From Armatimonadetes bacterium JP3_11 (GTDB taxonomy: Bacteria > Armatimonadota > Fimbriimonadia > Fimbriimonadales > GBS-DC): a stretch of DNA of 54,680 nucleotides. Of the stretch, positions 21,020-30,633 are shown piece by piece. Under the pieces are notes generated by a model that was not told the DNA's origin, did no database searches, and was given only the letters and a program-made list of their open reading frames with translations. The stretch lies in the NCBI GenBank assembly GCA_002254605.1, contig NKPV01000003.1, positions 1-54,680 on the forward strand. Reading direction: 5' to 3'. The first letter of the stretch is position 1; the number at the start of each line of letters is the position of its first letter. The translations under genes and the position numbers were made by a program.

Positions 21020-23023
21020 CTACGCCTGCCAAGCAGGCAGGCACACGCAGAAGGTGGTTCCTTTCCCAACCTCGCTCTCGACGGTGATAAATCCCCGATT
21101 TTGACGCACGACACCGTAGACCGTTGCTAACCCCAACCCCGTATTGCCCAGTCCCTTCGTGCTGAAAAATGGCTCGAAGATACGGTCGCGTAGCTCTGCG
21201 GGAATACCCTCGCCGGTGTCTTCCACAAGGAGGCAAACATACTCCCCCGGCGCCAGATCCTCGCTCTCCGAAATGTTGCGTAGTTGCTCCTCGTTATAGG
21301 TTTCGCGTCGCGTCCGAATTGTGAGTTGCCCACTGCCTTTGCTGTTCATCGCATCACGCGCGTTGAGAGCGAGGTTCAAGATAATCTGTTCGAACTGGGA
21401 GGGATCTATCATGACAGTGGTATCGGCGTCGGTCAGTTGGAGCTGCACGCGAATATTCTCGCCAAGCGTGCGTCCCAGTAGGGGCAGGAGTTCGCGAACG
21501 ACTTTGTTGATCTCGGTGGGCAGGGGTTGGGTGAGTTGTTTTCTGGCGTATCCCAGCAGTTGGCGCACCAGTTTTGCAGCGCGTTCACTTGCTTCGATGA
21601 TGTGTTTCAGGTCGCTTTGCACGGGATGTTCAGCGGGCAAGCGTGCCTGCGCCAGTTCGGCGAAGCCAATAATTGCTGTGAGCAGATTGTTGAAGTCGTG
21701 CGCAATACCGCCTGCCAGACGCCCGATGCTCTCCATCTTCTCCGCGTGGAACAGGCGTTGCTCCAACGCTTTCCGCTCCGTGATATCGATATCTGCGCAA
21801 ATGAAGCGGGTCGTACCCCCTTGACGAATGGGGAACAGTGAAGACAAAATAACCCGCTCTCTGCCATCGGCGGTGCGAATACGCCACTCACGAAGCGGGG
21901 CGGGTTTGCCCGTGCGGGCAACCTCTTGGAGGTCTTGCAGAAACGCCTCCTGTTCCTCGGGAGTGAAAATCAGGGCGTCCAGGGTTTTCCCTTCCGCTTG
22001 CTCTTTTGTGAATCCATAAAAATCTTCGGAGGCGCGGTTCCAGAACAGGATGCGCCCTTGTTCATCGTATATCTGCATCGCGACCGTCGGAGCATTCTCT
22101 AAAATGTCTCGAACCTGTTGCAGCGCTGATTCCAGCTCCTGACGCGACTCTTCGATTTGGCGGGTATATTTCTGCTGCTGGATAATCGGTCCCGTAATCA
22201 CCATCAAGGTGCTCAAGGTGAGGAAAATAAACAGCCATCCGAAGACGTAATCACGCAAATCGATGGGTTGGGCTGCTTCCCAGTACGGCACCTGTATCGC
22301 CAGCGTGAGTACAGAGACGAGGGCGATGAGGGTGACACCACGGTGTTGATACAAAAACGTTGCGGCGACGAACACAGGCAGCAACATGGACAACGCAGGC
22401 GCGGGCAGTACCGCCACGCGTTGGAGATAAAACGACCCCCACCCCGAAACCCCACATAGGAGCGTTAGCCCAATGAGCGCAACATAGTCGCGCTTGCGCA
22501 TATGCCAGTTGTTCCACCAGACCAACAAAAAGCCCCCAGCGACCAGATGTCCCATCACATCGCCCATCCAGCGATGCAAAACGGAAAGCGCCCAGCTCTG
22601 AGAGGGGGTAATGCCATATTCCACTCGCAAAACGGTGTTCAGGAGGGGCGAAACAATCGCCGTCACCAAGCTAATCCCCGTAAACCAAACGACATCACGC
22701 CAGTGAAGGAAGCGCGGGTCGACGCGCAGCGAGCGCAACAAGGTCGCCGCTGTACCTGCTTGGATTAGCACAGGAATGGCGCTGAGCAGCGCGAGGTCCC
22801 ATCTCCGCCAGACCATGTAAACGACTCCAATGACGCCCAGTCCCGTTCCCAGCAACCCCACTCGATAGCCCCACCAATAGGTCAGCCCCAACGCCACCCC
22901 TGCCGGTAGCCAAATCAAACTGCTACGATCGGGCAAATAGGCAAACTGCAGGCTCACCCATGCCGCAAGAGCATAGGCGGCAGCAGTAACTCCCGTTTTC
23001 CATGCCGTCGCCAAAGTGATCAT
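21020..23023 (-). CDS. MASE1-PAS sensor histidine kinase
   Basis: N-terminal membrane domain (LIWLPAGVALG), PAS (WNRASEDFYG...DITERK), H-box LAGGIAHDFNNLL, NARDAM, FEPFFSTK, GLGLA; GGAG RBS. Confidence 0.9.
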   Translation of the reverse strand: MITLATAWKTGVTAAAYALAAWVSLQFAYLPDRSSLIWLPAGVALGLTYWWGYRVGLLGTGLGVIGVVYMVWRRWDLALLSAIPVLIQAGTAATLLRSLRVDPRFLHWRDVVWFTGISLVTAIVSPLLNTVLRVEYGITPSQSWALSVLHRWMGDVMGHLVAGGFLLVWWNNWHMRKRDYVALIGLTLLCGVSGWGSFYLQRVAVLPAPALSMLLPVFVAATFLYQHRGVTLIALVSVLTLAIQVPYWEAAQPIDLRDYVFGWLFIFLTLSTLMVITGPIIQQQKYTRQIEESRQELESALQQVRDILENAPTVAMQIYDEQGRILFWNRASEDFYGFTKEQAEGKTLDALIFTPEEQEAFLQDLQEVARTGKPAPLREWRIRTADGRERVILSSLFPIRQGGTTRFICADIDITERKALEQRLFHAEKMESIGRLAGGIAHDFNNLLTAIIGFAELAQARLPAEHPVQSDLKHIIEASERAAKLVRQLLGYARKQLTQPLPTEINKVVRELLPLLGRTLGENIRVQLQLTDADTTVMIDPSQFEQIILNLALNARDAMNSKGSGQLTIRTRRETYNEEQLRNISESEDLAPGEYVCLLVEDTGEGIPAELRDRIFEPFFSTKGLGNTGLGLATVYGVVRQNRGFITVESEVGKGTTFCVCLPAWQA

Positions 23024-23183
23024 GCTCTCCTAAAAAACCTTTCGGAACATCCCCAGGAAATCTCACGACAGACGCCCTAAACGGCGCCGCGGGCTATCTC
23101 CCGATACCTAAGCATACCCAAAACATCCGCAGGAGTTCTCGGGCGCAGCACGAACTTCTATCGTGTAGGAGGCAGATTGTGCA

Positions 23184-24332
23184 ATGGATATCCTACCTGG
23201 CATCGAGGGTGCAGGAGCGTTGGCGAAGCTGGTGTACCGACGCGCGGGGCGCTCGAAACGCGTTTCCAGCTGGGATCGAACAGGCGGCAATCGGGACTTT
23301 TTGACAATTCCTCAGGGCGCGACAGCGACCTTAGCGGACATTGCTGGCGCAGGCTGTATCCGCCATCTCTGGATCACGGTGGGCTGCCGCGACCGTCTCT
23401 ATTTACGGAAGACCGTCCTCAAAATGTACTGGGACGGCGAGTCGGAACCCAGCGTGCTGGCGCCGTTGGGGGACTTTTTTGGACTGGGACACGGCATCGC
23501 GCGTTCTTACATGTCGCTCCCATTTACGACGGTTACCCACGAAGCCAACGAGGGCGACTACGGCGGCGGCGTCGCGCTCAACTGCTATTTCGCGATGCCG
23601 TTTTCAACAAGGGCGCGTATCGAAGTCGCTAACGAATGCGACACGGAAATCGGCTCGTTCTACTACTATATCGATTACGAAGAGTACGACGCCCCCTTAC
23701 CTGACCAGGTTCTGCGCTTCCACGCGCATTATCGCCAGGAGTATCACACGACCGGCACGCAGGGCAACCTGTTCGAGCAGTGGCGTAACTATTGGGAACT
23801 GTTGGACACCCCCAACCTAAGCGACGCTGAGAACTATCTGATTCTGGACGCGGAAGGCGCAGGGCACTATGTCGGGTGCGTGCTCTCGGTGGACAATATC
23901 GACCCACTGCCGGTTATCCGCAAACTGGGCGGTCAGGAACAGGTCATCGCGGAGTACACTTGGTGGGGCGAGGGCGACGATATGATTTTCATCGACGGCG
24001 AGCCGTGGCCCCCGTCGCTGCACGGTACCGGATCGGAAGACTACTTCTGCCAGGCGTGGGGGATGCATCCCAAAGCGTACCTCTATGCAGGCGCCTCAAT
24101 CCCAGAGAACGACCCGAAACACCCCAATCGCCATCAGTGTACCTCGTATCGGTTCCATGTGGAAGACCCGATCCTGTTCACGAAGTCGATTCGCGTAAGC
24201 ATTGAGCATGGACACGCCAACTTGCAAGAGAACGACTACTCCAGTGTAGCGTACTGGTATCAGACGGAGCCGCATAAGCCATTAGAGCCGTTGCCTCCTG
24301 TCGCAGAGCGTATTCCGAGAAACCTGCGTTGA
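23184..24332 (+). CDS. DUF2961 / glycoside hydrolase family 172 protein
   Basis: SSWDRTGGNRD, GAGCIRHLWIT, YWDGESEPSV, WWGEGDD, GTGSEDYF, YRFHVEDPI, IEHGHAN, SSVAYWYQ. Confidence 0.88.
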   Translation: MDILPGIEGAGALAKLVYRRAGRSKRVSSWDRTGGNRDFLTIPQGATATLADIAGAGCIRHLWITVGCRDRLYLRKTVLKMYWDGESEPSVLAPLGDFFGLGHGIARSYMSLPFTTVTHEANEGDYGGGVALNCYFAMPFSTRARIEVANECDTEIGSFYYYIDYEEYDAPLPDQVLRFHAHYRQEYHTTGTQGNLFEQWRNYWELLDTPNLSDAENYLILDAEGAGHYVGCVLSVDNIDPLPVIRKLGGQEQVIAEYTWWGEGDDMIFIDGEPWPPSLHGTGSEDYFCQAWGMHPKAYLYAGASIPENDPKHPNRHQCTSYRFHVEDPILFTKSIRVSIEHGHANLQENDYSSVAYWYQTEPHKPLEPLPPVAERIPRNLR

Positions 24333-25093
24333 ACTCGTTGTGGATTTTCCCGATAGCGGTTGGTGCGGGCGCGTTCGGCTCGATGTTAGGGCTGGGCGGC
24401 GGGATTATTTTGGTGCCTGCACTCACCCTGCTGTTTGGCGTGCCGATTAAGCAGGCGGTTGCAGCAAGCTTGGTGGCGGTCGCGGCAACCTCGTGCGCGG
24501 GCGTGCAGAGCTACTTGCACGCAGGGTTGGTGGACTGGCGTCTCGGCGTGCGGCTGCTCATCCCCACGCTGCTTGGCGCGATTGCGGGAGGCTTAATGAT
24601 TGGCTTTATTCCTGGAGAAATGGTGCGCTGGCTGTTTATCGTACTAATTCTGTACGTATTGAGCCAGATGCTCTGGGCGATGCGCCACCCTACCCCGCCA
24701 CAAGAGACCCGTCCCGATTGCCGCACCGTGTGGAACCCTCGTCAGCGTGGGATTGCGGTGGGGCTTTCGATATTGGGCGGCGTTATTTCCGCGCTATTGG
24801 GCGTCGGCGGCGGGCTAATTCAAGTACCCCTGATTCATACCATTCTCAAGGCGCCGTTGCGTTGCGCCATCGGCACCAGCACTTTTCTCATCGGCGCGAC
24901 GGCGTCCGCCAGTGCGTTGCTCTATCTTGTGCAGGGCAAACTACAACCCGATACGGTGGTGCCTGCGACGCTGGGGATAGTGATTGGCGCACGGCTGGGC
25001 GTGAAAATCGCCCAGCGAATGCCAACGCTTGCCCTGAGACTGATTTTCGTGGGGGTGATGCTGTATACCGTTGTGCGTCTCGCGCTGAAGTGA
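24329..25093 (+). CDS. TauE/SafE (TSUP) family membrane transporter
   Basis: Duplicated GLGGG / GVGGG motifs, about 8 TM segments; TTG start overlaps the upstream stop. Confidence 0.88.
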   Translation: MNSLWIFPIAVGAGAFGSMLGLGGGIILVPALTLLFGVPIKQAVAASLVAVAATSCAGVQSYLHAGLVDWRLGVRLLIPTLLGAIAGGLMIGFIPGEMVRWLFIVLILYVLSQMLWAMRHPTPPQETRPDCRTVWNPRQRGIAVGLSILGGVISALLGVGGGLIQVPLIHTILKAPLRCAIGTSTFLIGATASASALLYLVQGKLQPDTVVPATLGIVIGARLGVKIAQRMPTLALRLIFVGVMLYTVVRLALK

Positions 25094-25094
25094 T

Positions 25095-25253
25095 CTAACG
25101 AGTACGCGGACGTTTCCAAAGACGCCGCTTTGCCTGATTGCGCTTATGCGCGTCGTCTTGGAATCCATCCCCCGAACGCATCTCCCTGTCAATTTCGAAT
25201 AGAGTTACCACAAGCCAGCCGATCCAATCGATCAAATACCAGAATAAGCCCAT
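25095..25253 (-). CDS. Putative 52-aa small membrane protein
   Basis: GGAGG RBS before ATG 25253; MGLFWYLIDWIGWLVVTLFE hydrophobic N-terminus and a basic tail; fills the gap between tauE and the glmL-like gene. Confidence 0.45.
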   Translation of the reverse strand: MGLFWYLIDWIGWLVVTLFEIDREMRSGDGFQDDAHKRNQAKRRLWKRPRTR

Positions 25254-25309
25254 TTCCCGTCCTCCCGACCGGGCTAATGATACCCTCGCAAAGCCTATTA
25301 GGCTTGCTC

Positions 25310-27085
25310 TCATGGCTTTGGCAAGCCCAGTGCGCTCATCCACTCGATTAGTTTTTGGCGGCGCGTGGCGTCGTCTTGGGGCAGCTGCAGTGGGCGTCCT
25401 CGCGCGTCCACCACCACGCCTACCACGCCGCCTTCCAGCGTCACTTCGACGGGTTTGCCCTTGCCCGCGCCGACATCGAGGTTGCGTGCGGGGCGCAGGG
25501 TCGCTTGAAGCGTCTCACCCACTCCCAACGGCAACACACGCAGCTCACCATAGCGGAAGGTCTCGCTCTTGCCGTTGTATTCAATGGTGAGGCACGGCTC
25601 ACCCTCTTTGCCTTGCCCCACTGGCGCCACGCAGGAACCCAAGCGGATCAGGCAGTCGCGGTCGAACACTTGCGCTGCCGCTTCGGGATGCACCGTCGAC
25701 AGCACGCCGAGTTGAGGCATCATGAAGATGGAGTCGACCGCCAGCATGGTGACGCCTTCGGGCTGATAGGCGTCCATCATCATCAGGGCGGATTGGGCGC
25801 GTCGGGGTGCGTGGCTCAGCACGCCGCCGCTGCCGATAATCATATCGAGTGTCATCATCTGCACCAGCGTCTTGCCCGTTTCGACCTGCTCTAACGCCTC
25901 GCCGATGGTGCGTTGCTGCTGCACGCCTTTCAAACCGCGCGCCAGCTGCTTGTGGTGGATGAACGCTAAACGCAGCGCTTCGCGTGCGACGGCTTGCTCC
26001 AGCAATAGATCCTCATAGGTCTGCGGAATCGTAGTGGGGCGAATCATCTTGTTGCGCAGGCGGTTGCGCACCTCGTACTCTTCGATGTCAAACGGCAGCC
26101 AGCGGCGGATGTTCTGGATGCCCGCCTCCAGCATCACATTGCAAATTGAGTAGCTCATGCCCAAGTTCGCGCTTACCGTGCGGGTATAGTTGCCATCGAA
26201 CACCGAGAACACATCGGTCGTCGCGCCGCCGATGTCCACGCCTAAGATATTGATTCCCCGTTGCTCGGCGATGGTCACCATGATTTTGCCCACCGCGTTC
26301 GGGGTCGACATAATGTCGGCGGAGGTCCAGGTCATCAGTTTGGAATAGCCCGGCGCTTGCTGCATCACATGTTCCAGGAACAGTTCGTGGATGGCTTCGC
26401 GTGCGGGCCCGAGGTTCTCGCGGTCCAAGTCGGGGCGTAGGTTATCGACGATGCGCAGGTCGAACCGTTCGCCGAGCAAGTGTTGGATTTCCTCGCGGGC
26501 ATCTTTGTTGCCGGCGAAGATGACGGGCAGGTTCATTGTGCCGAAGCGTGGGCGCGGGTCTGCCGCGATGAGCAGCTCGCCCAGCTCCACTAAGTGCGTC
26601 ACGGTACCGCCATCCGTCCCACCCGACAGGAGCACGATGTCCGGGCGCAGTTCGCGCAGGCGTTGTATCTTTTGATAGTCCTTGCGTCCGTCGTCGATGG
26701 CGATAACATCCATAATAATCGCGCCGGCGCCGAGCGCGGCGCGCTGCGCACTTTCAGCGGACATCTGGCGCACGACCCCCATCACCATCATCTGCAGTCC
26801 ACCGCCTGCGCTGGAGGTGGACAGATACAAATCCACGCCACGCTTCTCGTCTTGTTGCGGTGTGAGAATCTTGCCGTCTTGGATGAGTTGTCGCCCGGTA
26901 AGGTCTTCCAGTTCGCGGGTGGCGTTCAGCACGCCGATGGTCACATCGTCGAAGGGGGCTTCGACGGTGGTGGGCGCTTCGCCGCGATTGACGAGTCGGT
27001 ATTCCTCGCCGCGCTTCTCGATCAAAATCGCTTTCGTGGTCGTACTACCGCAGTCGGTCGCTAAAATCGAGCGCACTTCCGCCAT
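25310..27085 (-). CDS. Glutamate mutase L (GlmL)-like actin-fold ATPase
   Basis: ATDCGSTTTKA, SSAGGGL, LSGGTDGG, VDIGGATTDVFS, RTVSANLGM, GSGGVLSH. Confidence 0.82.
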   Translation of the reverse strand: MAEVRSILATDCGSTTTKAILIEKRGEEYRLVNRGEAPTTVEAPFDDVTIGVLNATRELEDLTGRQLIQDGKILTPQQDEKRGVDLYLSTSSAGGGLQMMVMGVVRQMSAESAQRAALGAGAIIMDVIAIDDGRKDYQKIQRLRELRPDIVLLSGGTDGGTVTHLVELGELLIAADPRPRFGTMNLPVIFAGNKDAREEIQHLLGERFDLRIVDNLRPDLDRENLGPAREAIHELFLEHVMQQAPGYSKLMTWTSADIMSTPNAVGKIMVTIAEQRGINILGVDIGGATTDVFSVFDGNYTRTVSANLGMSYSICNVMLEAGIQNIRRWLPFDIEEYEVRNRLRNKMIRPTTIPQTYEDLLLEQAVAREALRLAFIHHKQLARGLKGVQQQRTIGEALEQVETGKTLVQMMTLDMIIGSGGVLSHAPRRAQSALMMMDAYQPEGVTMLAVDSIFMMPQLGVLSTVHPEAAAQVFDRDCLIRLGSCVAPVGQGKEGEPCLTIEYNGKSETFRYGELRVLPLGVGETLQATLRPARNLDVGAGKGKPVEVTLEGGVVGVVVDARGRPLQLPQDDATRRQKLIEWMSALGLPKP

Positions 27086-27180
27086 AGGCTCTCTCTCCTG
27101 CCCTGCGAGTGGGCGCAGAATAGTATACCTAAACGCCTGATGACCGTCATTCCAAGCAACCGAAGTTGATTCGTGTGTCG

Positions 27181-28386
27181 TTAGGCTGTCAACCGCCCCT
27201 TCCGCAGAAGCATTTCACGCACCGCCTGAAGGAGTTGCTCTGCGCAGTCGCGTTTGCTCATGAGCGGTAGTGGCACGACGCGTCCATCCGCGTAAATGAG
27301 AGTGAGGCGGTTTGTGTCTCCCTCGAAGCCGCTCTCAGGCTCCAGCACATTGTTCACTGCAATCAGGTCTAAATTCTTGCGCATGAGTTTTTCTTGAGCG
27401 TGATGCAAGATGTTATCGGTTTCTGCAGCGAAGCCGACCACCACGCGATTGCCTTTATGCTGCGCCACTGTGCCGAGAATGTCGGGATTGGCGACAAGGC
27501 GAAGCGTCCAGTGTTGTGATTGGCGCTTGCGTTTGGTGGGGAGGGGTCGTTCGGGGCGATAATCAGCGACGGCTGCCGCTGCGATAAACACATCACACGC
27601 CTCAAATGCCGCCTGTACCGCCTCGAACATCTGTTGCGCGGTCTGCACGCGCACCACCTCTGCGCCAACAGGCGGGGTCAGCGCAGTGGGTCCGGTAATC
27701 AGCCGAACTACTGCCCCATGCGCCAGGGCGGCTTCGGCGACGGCGTAGCCCATTTTCCCACTGGAACGATTGCCCACGAAGCGCACGGGGTCTATGGGCT
27801 CGTAGGTAGGACCTGCGGTGACGAGAACCCGCACCCCTTGAAGGTCGTGCGTGCGTTGCAAGCGTTGCTGCACCGCCTGCACGATGACGGGAGTATCCGC
27901 GATTTTGCCCCAGCCTTCGTCGCCGCACGCCATCACCCCATAAGTGGGGTCGATGAATTCCACTCCCCGCGCTCTCAAGGTCTGCACATGCGCTTGGGTT
28001 GCGGGATGAGTCCACATCGCGGGGTTCATCGCAGGCGCAACGAGAATTGGCGCGCGGGTCGCTAAGGCAATCGTGGTGAGCATATCATCCGCCAAGCCGA
28101 GCGCGAGGCGGGCAATCGTGTGCGCGGTGGCAGGGGCAATCAGGATGAGGTCGGAGTCTTGTGCCAAGCGGATGTGGGCAATCTGCCCCGGCTCGGGCTC
28201 GTCGAACACATCGACAACGACGGGGTTCCCCGTGAGCGCAGCCAGAGTGGCAGGGCTAATCAGACGCGTCGCAGAATGAGTCATCACCACGCGCACGGTA
28301 TGCCCCGCACGCATCAACTCCCTCGCGACATCGCACGCCCGATACGCCGCGATACTGCCCGTAACACCCAGGAGAATAGTAGACAC
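27181..28386 (-). CDS. coaBC: Bifunctional phosphopantothenoylcysteine decarboxylase / phosphopantothenate-cysteine ligase
   Basis: GVTGSIAAY, APATA, APAMNPAMW, VTAGPTYEPIDPVR, NRSSGKMG, AAVADY, GFAAET. Confidence 0.95.
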   Translation of the reverse strand: MSTILLGVTGSIAAYRACDVARELMRAGHTVRVVMTHSATRLISPATLAALTGNPVVVDVFDEPEPGQIAHIRLAQDSDLILIAPATAHTIARLALGLADDMLTTIALATRAPILVAPAMNPAMWTHPATQAHVQTLRARGVEFIDPTYGVMACGDEGWGKIADTPVIVQAVQQRLQRTHDLQGVRVLVTAGPTYEPIDPVRFVGNRSSGKMGYAVAEAALAHGAVVRLITGPTALTPPVGAEVVRVQTAQQMFEAVQAAFEACDVFIAAAAVADYRPERPLPTKRKRQSQHWTLRLVANPDILGTVAQHKGNRVVVGFAAETDNILHHAQEKLMRKNLDLIAVNNVLEPESGFEGDTNRLTLIYADGRVVPLPLMSKRDCAEQLLQAVREMLLRKGRLTA

Positions 28387-28495
28387 CGCCGAGATTATAC
28401 CAACTGCACCGCGTGGGCGTTATCCGCGCCGTTGCGCCCCAAACTCTGCTGGAAGGCAGCGCGACGGCGCGGACATCCACCCCGAGCAAGCAAGT

Positions 28496-30400
28496 TCAGA
28501 ACTTGTATCCCAAGTTGGTCGCGAACACGCCCGCACGGTTGCCCGCTGGGTTAGGGCCGCCGCTCAATAACGCAACGCCCTTGCCGTCGGTGTTGATGTA
28601 CTGATAGAGTAAATTGAACTCGATGTTCTCGCCGAGGTCGTAGGCTGCACGGAGCGTGAGGTAGTTCCACTCGGGTTTGCCCCGCTGGTTGTTAAGAGCC
28701 AAGCTGTTAATTTCCCAGCCGACATACTCGTAGGTGAGATGGAACCGCCAGCGCGGGGTGTAGCGATAACTCGCCTCCAGCATCACGCGGCGCAGCCGAT
28801 CGCTTCCTTGATAGCCGCGGTTAAACGGGAGCTTCGCCGCGCCTGTATAAAAGTCCGCCGTCAATCGGAGAGTTAAGGCGTTGTTCACTTGATAGGTGGA
28901 GCTCAGATAAGTGCCTTTTATGTCTGAGGGGTTATAGAGGTAGCCGATGCGCCCCCAGTTGCCCGGCGCGACGAAATACGGTTCGATTTCACGATAGCCG
29001 ATTAGCGCGTCCCAGCGTTCATTGAAACGATAGCTCGTACTGAGGTCGAACGCTTTGTTGCGACCTCCGACCACACGGTTGTCGCCGCGTAGCAGGATGC
29101 TCACAGCATATTCAAACCGCACATCGATCTCGCTGAAACGGGAGCTTAGGTCGAACCCCAGCACATCCACGCGGTTGACATCCGTGCGCACGGTGTTATT
29201 CAGGTGGTCGAAGGTACGATTCCGCCCAACGCCTGCGGCGAAGTAGGTCGCGCCGAGGCGCACGGGGTATTCCGTGATATGGAACTGATAGTCCAGGCGC
29301 AGCCCCGCGAGCTGGTCTGCAGGTGCACTTACCGAGGCGTTGTGGTTCGCAAAGTAGATGGGGAAAAAGCGTGTGGTGTTCGATCGGATACCGTAGCTAC
29401 TGAGTAGGAACACCTGCGCGTTGAGGTTGCCAAACGCTGCGCTCAACAGCGCGCCGTCGGCGCGGTGCGCTCGGTCACGGTAGCGCTCGAAATCGAGATA
29501 GTAATCGGGTTCGATTCGCTGAAAAGTGTACGGTGTCAGTTTCAGGGGCACGCGCCCAACTTGCGCTTGCACGCGCGTTCCAAAAAGGTCTAAGGGGGCG
29601 GTGAGATACGCCTCCCAAAGGGTAACATCTGTCGCCCCTACGGTGTAGGCGTTTTTGTTGAGGCGCAGCGAGTCTGCAAGGCGTGTTCCTTCGCGCGTGT
29701 AGGGCAGATAGTTGCCCACGATGAAGGTCGCCTTCGCGTCCACCTGTTCGTTGATGGGCATATCGATGTTCAGCCCCAGCTCATGCAGCACACCCACACT
29801 TTGCAGGAATTTGCCGGAGGGGTTGATGGCATTTCCGTTGAGGGTGTACGCGCTGCGCCCATCGTAGCTGTGCGTTCCGAACACAGCGAGCGTCATATCG
29901 CCTGTGAGTCGCTGCTTGCGTCGCTCCTCTCGGCGGATACGCGCCTCCAGATCGGCGAGGTCGCGTCGCAAGTCGCGCATGCTAATTGCGAGCTGGCTCA
30001 TTTCGGGTTCAAACTCTTGCGCGAGGCGTTGCAGGTTCTCCACCGCGCTGCGCAGTTGCTGCAGTTCGCGTGCTGCCTGTTGCAACTCTTGAACCTGTCG
30101 TTCTGGCGACGCGGGTTGGGTAGTTGGGTCAGCGGGCGCCTGCTGATTCAGTCGCGCCTCCAGCTGACGAATGCGCTCCTCGACCACGCGGTAGGCGCGG
30201 GCAATCGCCTGCGCAAACTCTGCACGGCTTACCTCGCGGTTCGGCTTGAACTCACCATCGGGAAAACCTTCCAAAATGCGTAGACGCACTAACTCCCGAA
30301 TTGCCTGATATGCCCAGTGTCCGGGCGGTACATCGCGCATCTGTGTCCAAGCGCATGCCGTTAACAGTCCTGTCGTAATCAGAACTATGCCTGTCCGCAT
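28496..30400 (-). CDS. SLH-domain outer-membrane protein (SLH + coiled coil + predicted beta-barrel)
   Basis: Signal peptide; DVPPGHWAYQAI...GFPDGEFKPNREVSRAEFA SLH domain; heptad-rich stalk; amphipathic beta segments ending NLGYKF. ATG 30400 after AAGGAGG. Confidence 0.85.
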   Translation of the reverse strand: MRTGIVLITTGLLTACAWTQMRDVPPGHWAYQAIRELVRLRILEGFPDGEFKPNREVSRAEFAQAIARAYRVVEERIRQLEARLNQQAPADPTTQPASPERQVQELQQAARELQQLRSAVENLQRLAQEFEPEMSQLAISMRDLRRDLADLEARIRREERRKQRLTGDMTLAVFGTHSYDGRSAYTLNGNAINPSGKFLQSVGVLHELGLNIDMPINEQVDAKATFIVGNYLPYTREGTRLADSLRLNKNAYTVGATDVTLWEAYLTAPLDLFGTRVQAQVGRVPLKLTPYTFQRIEPDYYLDFERYRDRAHRADGALLSAAFGNLNAQVFLLSSYGIRSNTTRFFPIYFANHNASVSAPADQLAGLRLDYQFHITEYPVRLGATYFAAGVGRNRTFDHLNNTVRTDVNRVDVLGFDLSSRFSEIDVRFEYAVSILLRGDNRVVGGRNKAFDLSTSYRFNERWDALIGYREIEPYFVAPGNWGRIGYLYNPSDIKGTYLSSTYQVNNALTLRLTADFYTGAAKLPFNRGYQGSDRLRRVMLEASYRYTPRWRFHLTYEYVGWEINSLALNNQRGKPEWNYLTLRAAYDLGENIEFNLLYQYINTDGKGVALLSGGPNPAGNRAGVFATNLGYKF

Positions 30401-30468
30401 CGTCTCCTCCTTGAGTAAGGTCTCGTGTATGATACCCGCTCGCGCAGGGTATACTGGCAATCAGTCTC

Positions 30469-30608
30469 GAGGGTGTTCGAAAATTGCCCTTGCAAGGGGC
30501 AAAACCCCTTTTGGGAAGGGCAGACCCGCGTGTCTGCCCCTACAGATCTGTGTAGGGGCGCACCTGTGTGTGCGCCCTTTTCTACCCCTCGATTTTTCGA
30601 ACACCCTC
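30469..30608. mobile_element. MITE-like element with perfect 15-bp terminal inverted repeats
   Basis: GAGGGTGTTCGAAAA (30469-30483) and TTTTCGAACACCCTC (30594-30608); no transposase; internal REP palindromes; no clear target-site duplication. Confidence 0.65.
30516..30579. repeat. Inverted doublet of GTAG-type REP palindromes
   Basis: aagggcagacccgcgtgtctgcccctac (30516-30543) and gtaggggcgcacctgtgtgtgcgccctt (30552-30579). Confidence 0.72.
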
Positions 30609-30633
30609 ACCAGCCTCTTGCGGCGTGGGTGCT

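Noticed and set aside
27140-27150. ATGAC-C-GTCAT palindrome upstream of the glmL-like gene
   Set aside because: Too short to distinguish from chance, with no second copy seen.
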